DNA from: a virus
Taxonomy: Duplodnaviria; Caudoviricetes
Length of the DNA stretch: 51,307 nt
Direction: 5' to 3' (one strand)
IMG/VR virus record: IMGVR_UViG_3300027987_000471
Location: 1 to 51,307 of that record
Shown: piece by piece, positions 37,625 through 46,723 of the stretch
Position numbering within the stretch: the stretch's first letter is position 1
Layout: each line of letters opens with the position of its first letter
The notes under the pieces: model-generated
Database searches by the model: none
What the model was told of the DNA's origin: nothing
What the model saw: only the letters and a program-made list of their open reading frames with translations
Translations under genes and position numbers: made by a program

Positions 37625-37711
37625 ATGAATTTATTCAGAAGACTTCGACAAGGCATTGCTCGGCTGTTTGGCCGCGGCAGAGGGCAAACAGCAAGATCTA
37701 CGCGAAAGTAG
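37625..37711 (+). CDS. 28-aa Arg/Gly-rich micropeptide B (MNLFRRLRQGIARLFGRGRGQTARSTRK)
   Basis: Starts 2 nt after the peptide A stop; its TAG abuts the next ATG. Confidence 0.7.
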   Translation: MNLFRRLRQGIARLFGRGRGQTARSTRK

Positions 37712-38371
37712 ATGCAGATTCTCCCACCCAAACAAGCCGCAGTGCTTAAAGAAGAGCCTGCGGCTGTCCTTTTTTCCGCTGGAAAAGATAGTATCGCGGC
37801 AGCCGATATTCTTCATAGAGAGAATCTGCTGCCAAAAGATTTTATATTTTTATATTTTGTTCCGGGTTTGTCTTTTGTGGAGTCTATTCTAAGACATTAC
37901 GAGAAAAAATGGAAAGTAAATATAATACGCAGGCCTTCGGATGAAGCTCTGAGTTTATTTTCTGCTATGCGCAACGTTCGTAAAAAGCAATATACAGAGT
38001 CGGATGCTATGGCGCTTATTAGAGCTGAGTTTGATAATGTTTGGCTAATATCGGGAGCAAAAAAGAAAGACAGCTTAGCTCGGCGCGGCATGCTGTCAAA
38101 GCTGGTTGATGGAGTAGATTCTAAGCGTAAGACTATTTACCCGATAATTGAGTGGTCGGATAGACAAGTTAATGCTTATTGCAAAAAGAACAGACTTAAG
38201 CTTCCTATAACATACGATATGGGCCTTAAAAATTCTATGTGGGTCCCGAATACCGAAGGCTTGGTTTGGATAAAATCAAATTTTCCGAAAGATTATGATA
38301 GAATAGTTAGATTTTTTCCTAATCTGGAAAGTCTAGTTTTCAAGTATAAGAGACAGTATGCCCGCGAATAA
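37712..38371 (+). CDS. PAPS-reductase-family (PP-loop) protein
   Basis: FSAGKDS PP-loop; G.KK.DS..RR and YPI..WSD..V..Y motifs. Confidence 0.88.
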   Translation: MQILPPKQAAVLKEEPAAVLFSAGKDSIAAADILHRENLLPKDFIFLYFVPGLSFVESILRHYEKKWKVNIIRRPSDEALSLFSAMRNVRKKQYTESDAMALIRAEFDNVWLISGAKKKDSLARRGMLSKLVDGVDSKRKTIYPIIEWSDRQVNAYCKKNRLKLPITYDMGLKNSMWVPNTEGLVWIKSNFPKDYDRIVRFFPNLESLVFKYKRQYARE

Positions 38372-39134
38372 ATACGAATCGTTCGAGCTTATTGTTATTT
38401 CTAGGCGCAAAATAAATTTAGCCGAATATAACCCTAGGCTGATTTCTGAAGATGCTAAGAAGAGACTAAGGCACTTCATCAAATCGAAACAGTTTGGTCT
38501 TCTGTCGCCTCTTGTGTGGAACGAGGTTACAGGAAACCTTGTTGCCGGGCATCAACGGATACAGATTTTGGATTCTTTGCATGGGCATCTTGATTATGAG
38601 CTTACTGTATCTAAAGTTCATCTTTCGGAAGAGGACGAAATCAAAGCGAATGTTTTTCTGAATAATTCATCGGCGCAAGGGCAGTGGGATTATGATGTTT
38701 TGACTCAGCTCGCAGATTTAGGCGATTTTGATTTTGAAAAAGACTTTGGTTTTTCTTCAGATGATGTTGAGGCTATATTTGGGCCTCCTGAAGAGGAATT
38801 AGAGGCGCTTGCGGCGGAAGGGATGCGGCAGCTGGAGGAGGCGATACCGTTGCCGGCTATGGCTGATAGCGCTGAATCTGAAGAGAATCTGAGTGCTTTA
38901 TCGGAAGAAGATGCTGAGAAGTTCAGGCAGCTTAAAAAAGAAGCTCGGGAGAAAGCGAAACTTGACAATTTAAATGGAGATGGGTATAGATTGAGTAAGG
39001 CCGATGTGACAGTGACAATAGTATTTAAAGATTCGGAAACGAAAAGAGGTTTTATGCGTCTGTTGTCGCGTCCCGAAAATGATCGAAACATAACTGCCGA
39101 GCATCTAATTGAGTGCATTGAGAATGGATTTTAA
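38358..39134 (+). CDS. ParB/Srx N-terminal domain protein
   Basis: A.YNPR, FG...P.VWN..TGN.V.GHQR and N....G.WD motifs; acidic linker and no HTH. Confidence 0.88.
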   Translation: MPANKYESFELIVISRRKINLAEYNPRLISEDAKKRLRHFIKSKQFGLLSPLVWNEVTGNLVAGHQRIQILDSLHGHLDYELTVSKVHLSEEDEIKANVFLNNSSAQGQWDYDVLTQLADLGDFDFEKDFGFSSDDVEAIFGPPEEELEALAAEGMRQLEEAIPLPAMADSAESEENLSALSEEDAEKFRQLKKEAREKAKLDNLNGDGYRLSKADVTVTIVFKDSETKRGFMRLLSRPENDRNITAEHLIECIENGF

Positions 39135-39135
39135 A

Positions 39136-39411
39136 ATGGCATGCAAATTTAAACACACTAAAGTGCAAGTTCCTGATAAAGATTATATTTGCCCTAAATG
39201 CAAGTCTACCGAATTTTTTATTATAGAATGCGAAAATTATGATTGTGAAAAACTGCATAATAACGATTTTATTCAGTGTGAGGATTGTGGTTATGAGATT
39301 TCGGGCTCTAGATTTGCTTCTATTTATATCAAGAAACAGCATTTAGTTAAATGTTCTCATTGCAAAGGTACAGGTTTTGTTGCAGAGATCAAAAATGAGA
39401 ATGGAAGATAA
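39136..39411 (+). CDS. Zn-ribbon protein
   Basis: CPKC, CEDC and CSHCKGTG motifs. Confidence 0.65.
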   Translation: MACKFKHTKVQVPDKDYICPKCKSTEFFIIECENYDCEKLHNNDFIQCEDCGYEISGSRFASIYIKKQHLVKCSHCKGTGFVAEIKNENGR

Positions 39412-39595
39412 GAAAAGAGAGATGCTTGATCTTATGCGTTCTGTATCAGGAAGGCCGTGGCTTAGCCCTAAAGAGTTAGGTATGGCGATGGGGCGACCTT
39501 ATTATTCAGCATCGGCTTTTGCTTGTCCTATCTTGAAAGCGCTTGTTGCAGAAGGTAAAGTAGAGAGCAATAGAGGAGTGTATCGATTATGCTAG
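39395..39595 (+). CDS. Winged helix-turn-helix protein
   Basis: LSPKELG...SA....IL..LV.EG.V....GVYRL pattern. Confidence 0.65.
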   Translation: MRMEDKKREMLDLMRSVSGRPWLSPKELGMAMGRPYYSASAFACPILKALVAEGKVESNRGVYRLC

Positions 39596-39762
39596 AGCTA
39601 AAAGGTTTTAATTGTTATACTGTTGTTCAGCCGGTTGAAGATGTAGAGGATGTTTGCCCCGCGCTTGTGGTTATGTTAAATACTTGGATTAGAGATGTTA
39701 TCAGCAAGAAAATGGAAGATAGCCTTTGGAAAGTTAAAATTACGGGAAATATGAAGGTGTAA
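39589..39762 (+). CDS. Hypothetical 57-aa protein (not in the ORF track)
   Basis: Fills the gap between neighbours; GAGGAG upstream. Confidence 0.5.
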   Translation: MLELKGFNCYTVVQPVEDVEDVCPALVVMLNTWIRDVISKKMEDSLWKVKITGNMKV

Positions 39763-39763
39763 T

Positions 39764-40069
39764 ATGGATAAAGATAAAAGAGAAGAAGTTGAAGATCTTT
39801 TAGTGGGCAGTTTCTCTAAAACTTCGGATAAAGAGCTGGTTGAGAAGTTAGCAGATACTATATTAAAAGAGCTAAAGCAGAATTCAATTTCTGTTGAAAA
39901 TACTAAAAGTTGGTGGAAGTCTAAAACCATACAGGTAGGAATAGCGGCTACGCTGAGCGGGTTAGCGCTTTTTATCAATTCTGGAGATGCTACCGAATTG
40001 ATAATTTCCGCGGTAGGGCTGACGATGACCGTTCTTCGTTTTGTTTCTACTTCTAAATTGGTGAAGTGA
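39764..40069 (+). CDS. Holin-like membrane protein
   Basis: KSWWKSKTI followed by two hydrophobic helices ending in LRFVST. Confidence 0.55.
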   Translation: MDKDKREEVEDLLVGSFSKTSDKELVEKLADTILKELKQNSISVENTKSWWKSKTIQVGIAATLSGLALFINSGDATELIISAVGLTMTVLRFVSTSKLVK

Positions 40070-40082
40070 TTGTAAGGCAATA

Positions 40083-40325
40083 CCGCCAGCTTTGCATTCT
40101 ATAGGCCCAAACCCTATAGTGTAGGCGCACGCTGGCGTTTGTGCTCACTCGCGACAACAACTAAGTGTAAGTTGAAACGAATGCGTTCAGCTATTAGGTT
40201 CTGACGAGATATAAATCAATTGATCGAAAAAGCAAAACAGTGATTGACTGTTTGTAAGTGTATGTTCATTAAAGAGTAGAACTTTTCACAGTCTCAGTTT
40301 TAACTGCCGCGAGTGAGTTTTTTAA
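40083..40325. ncRNA. Candidate structured non-coding RNA
   Basis: ORF-free; a 5' hairpin, then CTCACTCGCG/CGCGAGTGAG closing ~175 nt with internal hairpins, followed by a T-tract. Confidence 0.5.
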
Positions 40326-40362
40326 AAATTATCGGTTATTCCGATTTAACTATGAGGTGTAC

Positions 40363-42054
40363 ATGCGTAAATTTTTGGCATTGATTCTCTTTTTGGTCGG
40401 GTGCGATACAGATTCTTGTTTAGTGCCTAGAGATGCTGGGGATGTAGTTTGTATTCAAGTGTGTGCTGATTTGTCGAGCAGGAGGTGTATAGAAATATGC
40501 TATCCTGACGGCACCGATACCGATACGGACACAACTACTGTTTCCGAGGATGCTGGTGCAGCTAACAGCACGGAATTACAGCAAGAAACCGATACGGACA
40601 CGGACGCTAGTACGGAATTAGAGCAAGAAACCGAGCCGGACACCGATACGGATACGTCCGTTGTTTTAGACGATGCCGGTGTCGATGCATCGGTAGTGCC
40701 GCTGCAGAGCTATTTTGTTGATTCGGTTCTAGGTGATGATTCTAACCCTGGAACTTTTGAGCTTCCTTGGAGGTCTACCACACCTTTTTCGTCAGCAGAG
40801 CAAGCGCCGGATATTAGTCTGCAGCCGGGAGATACTGTATATCTTAGAGCCGGTATGTATACGACTGTCGCTCAAGGGACGGATAATATGTATGTTCCTG
40901 CGTGGCTAAATCTTCATTATGTTCACGGTGAAAGTTCGGCTCCTATCACGATTAGAAACTACCCGGGAGAACATGTAATTATCGATCCTGCTGGTCAAGG
41001 CATGGGAGTATTTTTTCTAAATTCGTCGTTTGTTAATGTTGTGGGTTTGGATATTAGAGAAGCTTACTACAGAGGGATTTCTGTAGATCTGAATTCTAAT
41101 GAGGTCAATATTGATCATTGTTCCATATCTAGTACGGATGGGTGGGTTGGAGACAACATAGCCGGTGTCGAATTCAGATTAGCTAAAGACTGTTCATTAA
41201 CAAACTCTATAATTTTTGATAATTATGATAGAGTATCGGCGGCGCAAAATAACCAAACTGAAAATAGCTGTAATGTGTTTCTTCACAGAGGCGAAGGGAC
41301 AATAACTGTAGCTGATAATGTTATTTACCAGACAGGAGAGCCCGGATCTGAATATTCCGGATGCGGGCTGAAGCATAAGCATTCTTCGGTGGACCATGAT
41401 TTTGAGCTTAGAGTAGAGCGTAATTATTTTGAGAATCATCGTTTTGCGGCTATTGGGATTTCTACTAACAATGCTGTAGTGCAGGATAATGTTGTTAACG
41501 GAGTGTATAACTATTCCGGTTGGGGGCCTGGTCACGCTATCGATTTTAGGGATTGGGGTGGTCTTACCCATCTAACCGGCGCTAGAGTCGATCACAATAC
41601 AGTAATTTCAGATAAGCCTTTTTTCTTTTATCCTACAGATATTAATTCTGAAGGTGAAGGTGCGCCATGGGAGGATTTGAGCGATAATGTTGTCTCGGAT
41701 AATGTTTTTGTGGCTACTGATTCGAATGTGCAAGATCCGCCCATAGAAATCTACACTGCTATCGATGATAGAATCTATGAGTTGGCCGCGGCAGGAACTA
41801 GTTTTGAAGGAAATTGTTATTTTCTACAGACTGGCGGCGATATGCAGTTTGGCTTTGCCGAAGATACTTCGTTTGGCGAGTTGGGAGGCCGGTATGATTT
41901 TTTAGGATGGCAGCTGGAGTACGGTTGGGATTTTGACGGTTCTGAAGGAGATCCGCAGCTAAATTCGTCTTTTATGCCGACCTCGGAAAGTTGTAGCGGA
42001 AAAGGAGTCAGATCGGTTATAAATAGATCTAAGGTGTTTGTGCCACCAATGTAA
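40363..42054 (+). CDS. Lipoprotein with Asp/Thr-rich linker and right-handed beta-helix (pectin-lyase-like) domain
   Basis: MRKFLALILFLVG-C lipobox; DTDTDT repeats; YFVD...GDDSNPGT...PW...PGDTVYLRAG.Y and PbH1-type repeats. Confidence 0.82.
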   Translation: MRKFLALILFLVGCDTDSCLVPRDAGDVVCIQVCADLSSRRCIEICYPDGTDTDTDTTTVSEDAGAANSTELQQETDTDTDASTELEQETEPDTDTDTSVVLDDAGVDASVVPLQSYFVDSVLGDDSNPGTFELPWRSTTPFSSAEQAPDISLQPGDTVYLRAGMYTTVAQGTDNMYVPAWLNLHYVHGESSAPITIRNYPGEHVIIDPAGQGMGVFFLNSSFVNVVGLDIREAYYRGISVDLNSNEVNIDHCSISSTDGWVGDNIAGVEFRLAKDCSLTNSIIFDNYDRVSAAQNNQTENSCNVFLHRGEGTITVADNVIYQTGEPGSEYSGCGLKHKHSSVDHDFELRVERNYFENHRFAAIGISTNNAVVQDNVVNGVYNYSGWGPGHAIDFRDWGGLTHLTGARVDHNTVISDKPFFFYPTDINSEGEGAPWEDLSDNVVSDNVFVATDSNVQDPPIEIYTAIDDRIYELAAAGTSFEGNCYFLQTGGDMQFGFAEDTSFGELGGRYDFLGWQLEYGWDFDGSEGDPQLNSSFMPTSESCSGKGVRSVINRSKVFVPPM

Positions 42055-42069
42055 AGGAGGCGTTATGGG

Positions 42070-42324
42070 ATGCGGAAAAACAAAGAAAAAAGGCGGAGGC
42101 GGAAGGAAAAAATGAGCTGTGCGGATACCGGTCATATTCTAGTTGAGGAGCTAGATCATATAAATGGTCCAGGTGTATTGCTTATAAAATGCCTGCTTTG
42201 TGGTAGCGTTTTAGCTAGTATGCCCACACAATGGTCGGCTCTTGTGTCTCCTGTAGTTATTGAAGATAGAATTTGTGCGAAGTTTAACGGAGTTGGTGGG
42301 CAGTTTGGGGAAGCACGACGATAA
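42070..42324 (+). CDS. Hypothetical protein (alternative start 42112)
   Basis: AAGGAGG RBS; C...GH and CLLCG motifs. Confidence 0.5.
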   Translation: MRKNKEKRRRRKEKMSCADTGHILVEELDHINGPGVLLIKCLLCGSVLASMPTQWSALVSPVVIEDRICAKFNGVGGQFGEARR

Positions 42325-42919
42325 GATTCTGCCGGATGGTAGCATAGACTATCGAGCCAGAAGCGGAAAGAAGCGGAAGGACCTTCGCTATAAACTGGCT
42401 ATTTGGAACAGATCTCCTGAAGAGACTGATGAGGAATTTCATATCTATCGAGTCTTTAGAGATATGGAGCCGGATGATCGTGATTTTCAAGAGTATGTGA
42501 CGAAGAACGGCTATGATCTTGATTATGTTAATAGTCTATATGAAAAGCATAATTGGGAAACTAGAATAGACGCTTGGGATTCATCGGCGCGTGCCCGATT
42601 GGCTACTAGGCAGGCGATGGAGGCGCGCCGGATGAAGGCCAATCATGCAGCGGTAGGGGCTGCTATGCTTGCTGTAGCCGCTAAGCAGCTGGGCAGATGG
42701 AATAGCTTGCCGCCTGATGCAGACCCCATGCCGGTGTATCACCTTGTTAGTTTAGCTCAGACAGGCGTAGCGATAGAGCGTTTATCGAGAGATTTACCTT
42801 CGGACGAGACTACAGTTAACGTCAAATCAGATCTTGACCCAACAAAATTATCTGTTGAGGATTTAGTAAAACTCAGAGAGCTGAGAAGAAAAGCGCGAGT
42901 CGTTAAGGAAGATGAATGA
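42260..42919 (+). CDS. terS: Terminase small subunit (start uncertain)
   Basis: W.R...ET...F..Y..FRD and W..R..AWD motifs, C-terminal D..KLS.EDL; overlaps terL. Confidence 0.7.
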   Translation: MKIEFVRSLTELVGSLGKHDDKILPDGSIDYRARSGKKRKDLRYKLAIWNRSPEETDEEFHIYRVFRDMEPDDRDFQEYVTKNGYDLDYVNSLYEKHNWETRIDAWDSSARARLATRQAMEARRMKANHAAVGAAMLAVAAKQLGRWNSLPPDADPMPVYHLVSLAQTGVAIERLSRDLPSDETTVNVKSDLDPTKLSVEDLVKLRELRRKARVVKEDE

Positions 42920-44393
42920 GTCAGATCTTCTTTATGATGTATTCGATGATGAAGCTCTTGAAGCAGAGCTAGGGTCCAGATCTCTTCATGAATATATAAA
43001 GTTGGCTTGGCCGACGGTGGAGCCGTCGAATGAATTTGTCGATAATTGGCACATAGGCGCTATTTGTGAGCATCTAGAGGCAGTCGTTGACGGCGAAATA
43101 ACGCGCTTGATCATAAATGTGCCTCCCGGCACGATGAAGTCTCTGACTTGCTGTGTGTTTTTCCCTTCTTGGATTTGGGGGCCCAGAAATCTTCCTGGCA
43201 AAAAGCTGATGTTCGGATCGTATACGGATCGGCTATCCTTTCGAGACGCTTTCCGCACCAGAACTTTAATTCAGTCTCGTTTTTATCAGCGCCGATGGGG
43301 AGAGCGCTTCAAATTAATTACAAGCACATTAAATAAATTCGATACCGATGCTGCCGGTTGGCGTATGGCTACAACCGTCAGAGGAGGCGCTACGGGGGAG
43401 CATGCCGACATCCAGCTGGTAGATGATCCGCTGAAGCCTTTTGAGGTTACTCGAGCGCTCACTGTATCTGGAACTGCGCTTGAGGATTGCCGTATTTGGT
43501 GGACTGAAACCATGGCCTCCCGCTTGGTAAGTATCGTAAAATCGGCGCGCATAATCATCATGCAGAGGCTCCATGACGCTGATTTAGCTGGCGCTATGCT
43601 TAAAGAGGGCGGTTATGAGCATTTAATGCTGCCTATGTCTTTTGAGTTTAAGCGTAAGTGCTTTACATCCATAGGTTTTGAGGATCCTAGAACAGATGAG
43701 GGGGATCTGTTATTTCCTGAGCGTTTTCCGGAAGAAGCAGTCAAAAAACAAGCAAAAGAGATGGGGTCGCGGGCAGCGCGCGCACAGCATCAACAAGATC
43801 CGATCCTGCTCGAAGGTAACATCATCCATGGAGATTGGGTAAGGCACTGGGAGCCGGATAATCTGCCGCTTCGGTGGATAACCATGATTCAGAGCTGGGA
43901 TTGCACTTTTAAAGATTCGGACGGCACCGATTTTGTGTGCGGTCAAGTGTGGGCTCTAGGAAGTGACAGCAATTTCTATCTGCTAGACCAGATTTGTGAG
44001 CGGATGGGGCTTGTAGATACGTGCCTGGCGATCAAGCGCTTATCTAAAAAGTGGCCAAAAACCTTTAAAAAGCTCATAGAGAATAAGGCAAATGGGCCTG
44101 CTGTTTATGATGTGATGCGGAAAAGAATAAAAGGCCTTCGTTTGGTTGAGCCAGAAGGAGGCAAGATTGCTCGTGTCCATGCGATGGAGCCTGTATGGGA
44201 GGCCGGAGAGGTTTTTATTCCGCCCGCTTCGGTGGAGTGGGTAGGGCATTACATAAGCGAGTTGACAGGTTTCCCAGCAAAAGAGCATGATGATCAAGTA
44301 GATGCGTCGTCTCAAGCGTTGCTCTATTTGCAGACGAAGAGCATAAAGATGTTGAAAGACGCTATGTCAAAACAAGAAAGGCTTTTCTCATGA
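42912..44393 (+). CDS. terL: Terminase large subunit
   Basis: LIINVPPGTMKS, DDP, IMQRLH..DL, SWD, ENKANG and HDDQVDA motifs. Confidence 0.96.
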   Translation: MNESDLLYDVFDDEALEAELGSRSLHEYIKLAWPTVEPSNEFVDNWHIGAICEHLEAVVDGEITRLIINVPPGTMKSLTCCVFFPSWIWGPRNLPGKKLMFGSYTDRLSFRDAFRTRTLIQSRFYQRRWGERFKLITSTLNKFDTDAAGWRMATTVRGGATGEHADIQLVDDPLKPFEVTRALTVSGTALEDCRIWWTETMASRLVSIVKSARIIIMQRLHDADLAGAMLKEGGYEHLMLPMSFEFKRKCFTSIGFEDPRTDEGDLLFPERFPEEAVKKQAKEMGSRAARAQHQQDPILLEGNIIHGDWVRHWEPDNLPLRWITMIQSWDCTFKDSDGTDFVCGQVWALGSDSNFYLLDQICERMGLVDTCLAIKRLSKKWPKTFKKLIENKANGPAVYDVMRKRIKGLRLVEPEGGKIARVHAMEPVWEAGEVFIPPASVEWVGHYISELTGFPAKEHDDQVDASSQALLYLQTKSIKMLKDAMSKQERLFS

Positions 44394-45904
44394 TAGACTT
44401 CAGAAAACGAGCTGTAGCTTTCTCTAGAGCAACCTCGTCTATAGTAAGACGCGCAGACGCTTGGGTAAATAGTATAACGGGTGTCGGTACGTCCAGAGAT
44501 GCGGACACATGGACAAGGTTTTTTCCTGGTTGCCATTTGTCTGATCAAGAGGCGGCATTAATCTACGCTGAAAATGATATTGCGGCTAGAGTTTGTGATA
44601 CTTATCCCGAGTATGCGATAAAGAAAGGCTTCAATATCAATATTCGAGTAGGTTCTCAGTATGATACAGACGCGCTGGGGGCGAAGGAAGAATCTGAGAA
44701 GTTGATGAAGGACGAGCTTAAGCGTTTGTCTGCTATTAATAGATTAACCAAAGCTGCAGTGTGGGGGAATGTCTTCGGGATAGGTGTTGTTTTAATAGGT
44801 CTGGATGATGGAGCCGAGGATTTATCAGAGCCGGTAGATGAAAATAGGATAAGATCTATTTTGCATCTTACTGTGTATGATAAACGAAGAGTTACGATAA
44901 AAGAGTACTATGAGAATGCAGAGGAGCCTAAATATGGAGAGCCCAAGGTCTACACTCTAGGAGCTAAGCATAAAGGTGAGTCTATAGACGTGCACGAGTC
45001 TAGAGTGCTTGTTTTTGGCGGCGTCAGAACGCCCGACGACGAAAAATCGAATAGAGGCGGTTTTGATTATTCGCTGTTAAACCGAGCGAACAAAGTAATC
45101 CGGCAGACGTCAATGAGCTGGGATACTTTGTCGGCTATGATCGGTGAGGCGAGTCAGGGAGTTTTCTATATTGATGGTTATATAGAAGCGCTTGCGGGCG
45201 ATGAGGAAGACGTCATTGAAAAGCGCATGACGCTTATGGATATGATGAGAAATCGGCTTAGAGCGCTTGTTCTAGATGCCGCCTCTGAACGTTTTGAGCG
45301 TGTGCCGGTATCGTTTGCGGGTCTTACTGAAGCTTTTGACCAGTTGATGTATCGGCTTTCTTTAGCGACTACAATACCCGTAACGATTATTATGGGCAGA
45401 TCTCCTGCCGGTATGAATGCCACCGGAGAATCAGATCTTGAGATGTTTTATTCTAGAGTAGAGAACTTCAGAGAGCTGTCAGTGACTCCCGAAGTTGAGA
45501 AACTGATACGTTATATTTTTGCCGCTTCTGATGGCCCCTTTTCTGGAGAGCCTGACAATTGGGCTTTGAAATATTCTGATGTTAGGTCTGTGTCTCCGTC
45601 CAAAAAAATACAAGACGATAAAGCGAAGGCTGAAACCGATGCTATTTATTTGGATCGTGGAGTACTAACTGAAGAGGAGATAGGGATTTCTCGCTTTGGA
45701 CCTGATTCAGATTCGGATATTGTTATAGACATAGAAGCGCGTGCGATGAAAGCTGAGGAGGAGCCTTATGGCACAGAGCAAGAGCCGGACAATTCGAGCG
45801 GCGCGGATGCATTACAGAACAATGACACTGAGGATAATCAGAGAGGTCAACAGCGAGTTACAGCGCGTGGTTCAGACCAGAATGGACGCGGAAACAGTAG
45901 ATGA
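44390..45904 (+). CDS. Portal protein (DUF1073-like)
   Basis: W.N..TG.G..RD, YG.P..Y, VHESR and IP.T..MG.SP.G.NATGESD...FY motifs. Confidence 0.92.
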   Translation: MIDFRKRAVAFSRATSSIVRRADAWVNSITGVGTSRDADTWTRFFPGCHLSDQEAALIYAENDIAARVCDTYPEYAIKKGFNINIRVGSQYDTDALGAKEESEKLMKDELKRLSAINRLTKAAVWGNVFGIGVVLIGLDDGAEDLSEPVDENRIRSILHLTVYDKRRVTIKEYYENAEEPKYGEPKVYTLGAKHKGESIDVHESRVLVFGGVRTPDDEKSNRGGFDYSLLNRANKVIRQTSMSWDTLSAMIGEASQGVFYIDGYIEALAGDEEDVIEKRMTLMDMMRNRLRALVLDAASERFERVPVSFAGLTEAFDQLMYRLSLATTIPVTIIMGRSPAGMNATGESDLEMFYSRVENFRELSVTPEVEKLIRYIFAASDGPFSGEPDNWALKYSDVRSVSPSKKIQDDKAKAETDAIYLDRGVLTEEEIGISRFGPDSDSDIVIDIEARAMKAEEEPYGTEQEPDNSSGADALQNNDTEDNQRGQQRVTARGSDQNGRGNSR

Positions 45905-46487
45905 CAGGCTGATAGATAGGCTTAAAGCTGCTGTAGTGTCGGTATTGGCTCGTCTTGGCTTGAGGGGCTTGATAAGCAGAGAAGCTCTAAATTTTGATTT
46001 TGCGAACAAGAACTATTATGCAAACATAGCAGGCACTAAGGCGTTGGGCTTGCACAAAACCGGTGTGCCCGAGGATATGATCGAGAATTGGATAAAAAGA
46101 AATGTGGCGTTAATAACAAACACATCTATGACCGAAGCGCAGCGTTTAGAAGGCCTCTTTAGAGATGTGGCTTATTCTAATATGCGAGCCGATGAGCTTC
46201 AAAAACAAATAGCTAAAGTCTATAGATACGGCAGAAATAATTCTAAATTAATTGCGATCGATCAATCAGGCAAGCTTTGGGGGCAGATGAACGAGTATCG
46301 TCAAGTAAAAGCCGGCATTAAAGGCTATTATTGGCGCACAACTAGGATAGTCGGAAGAGTGAGGCCTTTACACGCAGCAAGAGAAGGTAAATTTTTCTTG
46401 TGGTCTAGGCCCCCGGAAGACGGGCATCCAGGACAAGCTATACATTGTATGTGCCATGCAGAAGCGGCTTTAGATCGTATGGATTAG
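45768..46487 (+). CDS. Minor head morphogenesis protein (Mu gpF / SPP1 gp7-like)
   Basis: LIA.DQ..K, Y.W.T....RVR..H..REGK.F.W..PP.DGHPG..I.C.C motifs. Confidence 0.9.
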   Translation: MAQSKSRTIRAARMHYRTMTLRIIREVNSELQRVVQTRMDAETVDDRLIDRLKAAVVSVLARLGLRGLISREALNFDFANKNYYANIAGTKALGLHKTGVPEDMIENWIKRNVALITNTSMTEAQRLEGLFRDVAYSNMRADELQKQIAKVYRYGRNNSKLIAIDQSGKLWGQMNEYRQVKAGIKGYYWRTTRIVGRVRPLHAAREGKFFLWSRPPEDGHPGQAIHCMCHAEAALDRMD

Positions 46488-46723
46488 AGTTTTGGAAGGT
46501 CCTTCATCGAGTGCGTATAAAACAAGTCAGTCACATTTTGATCATTATCTATAATCAATAAATTATCTACATGATCGCTATAGAAATTCAAAAGGCATTT
46601 CTCATCTCCGCAAAGAGATCTAGTTATTTGTTTAAAGCGAAACAGTGGAATTTTACCGTTCGTTACTAGCACGGTGTCGGAAGTTTTGTGTTTTCTACAC
46701 ACTATTGTTACTGCTTGTTTCAT
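46484..46723 (-). CDS. Hypothetical protein
   Basis: Last gene of the antisense operon; ATGA-coupled. Confidence 0.55.
   Translation of the reverse strand: MKQAVTIVCRKHKTSDTVLVTNGKIPLFRFKQITRSLCGDEKCLLNFYSDHVDNLLIIDNDQNVTDLFYTHSMKDLPKL

Noticed and set aside
37712-38371. cysH auxiliary metabolic gene for sulfate assimilation
   Set aside because: It lacks the C-terminal ECGLH motif of true PAPS/APS reductases, and its context is not metabolic.
38358-39134. Plasmid-prophage partition system
   Set aside because: Only the ParB/Srx N-terminal domain is present, with no HTH, no ParA and no evident parS array.
40107-40117. 11-bp complementarity between the structured element and the origin region (35869-35879)
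   Set aside because: A single 11-mer match in 51 kb is compatible with chance.
40144-40317. Retron msr-msd or solitary CRISPR repeat (GTTGAAAC at 40171)
   Set aside because: No reverse transcriptase, no long msd hairpin, and only one GTTGAAAC. Kept only as an unassigned structured RNA.
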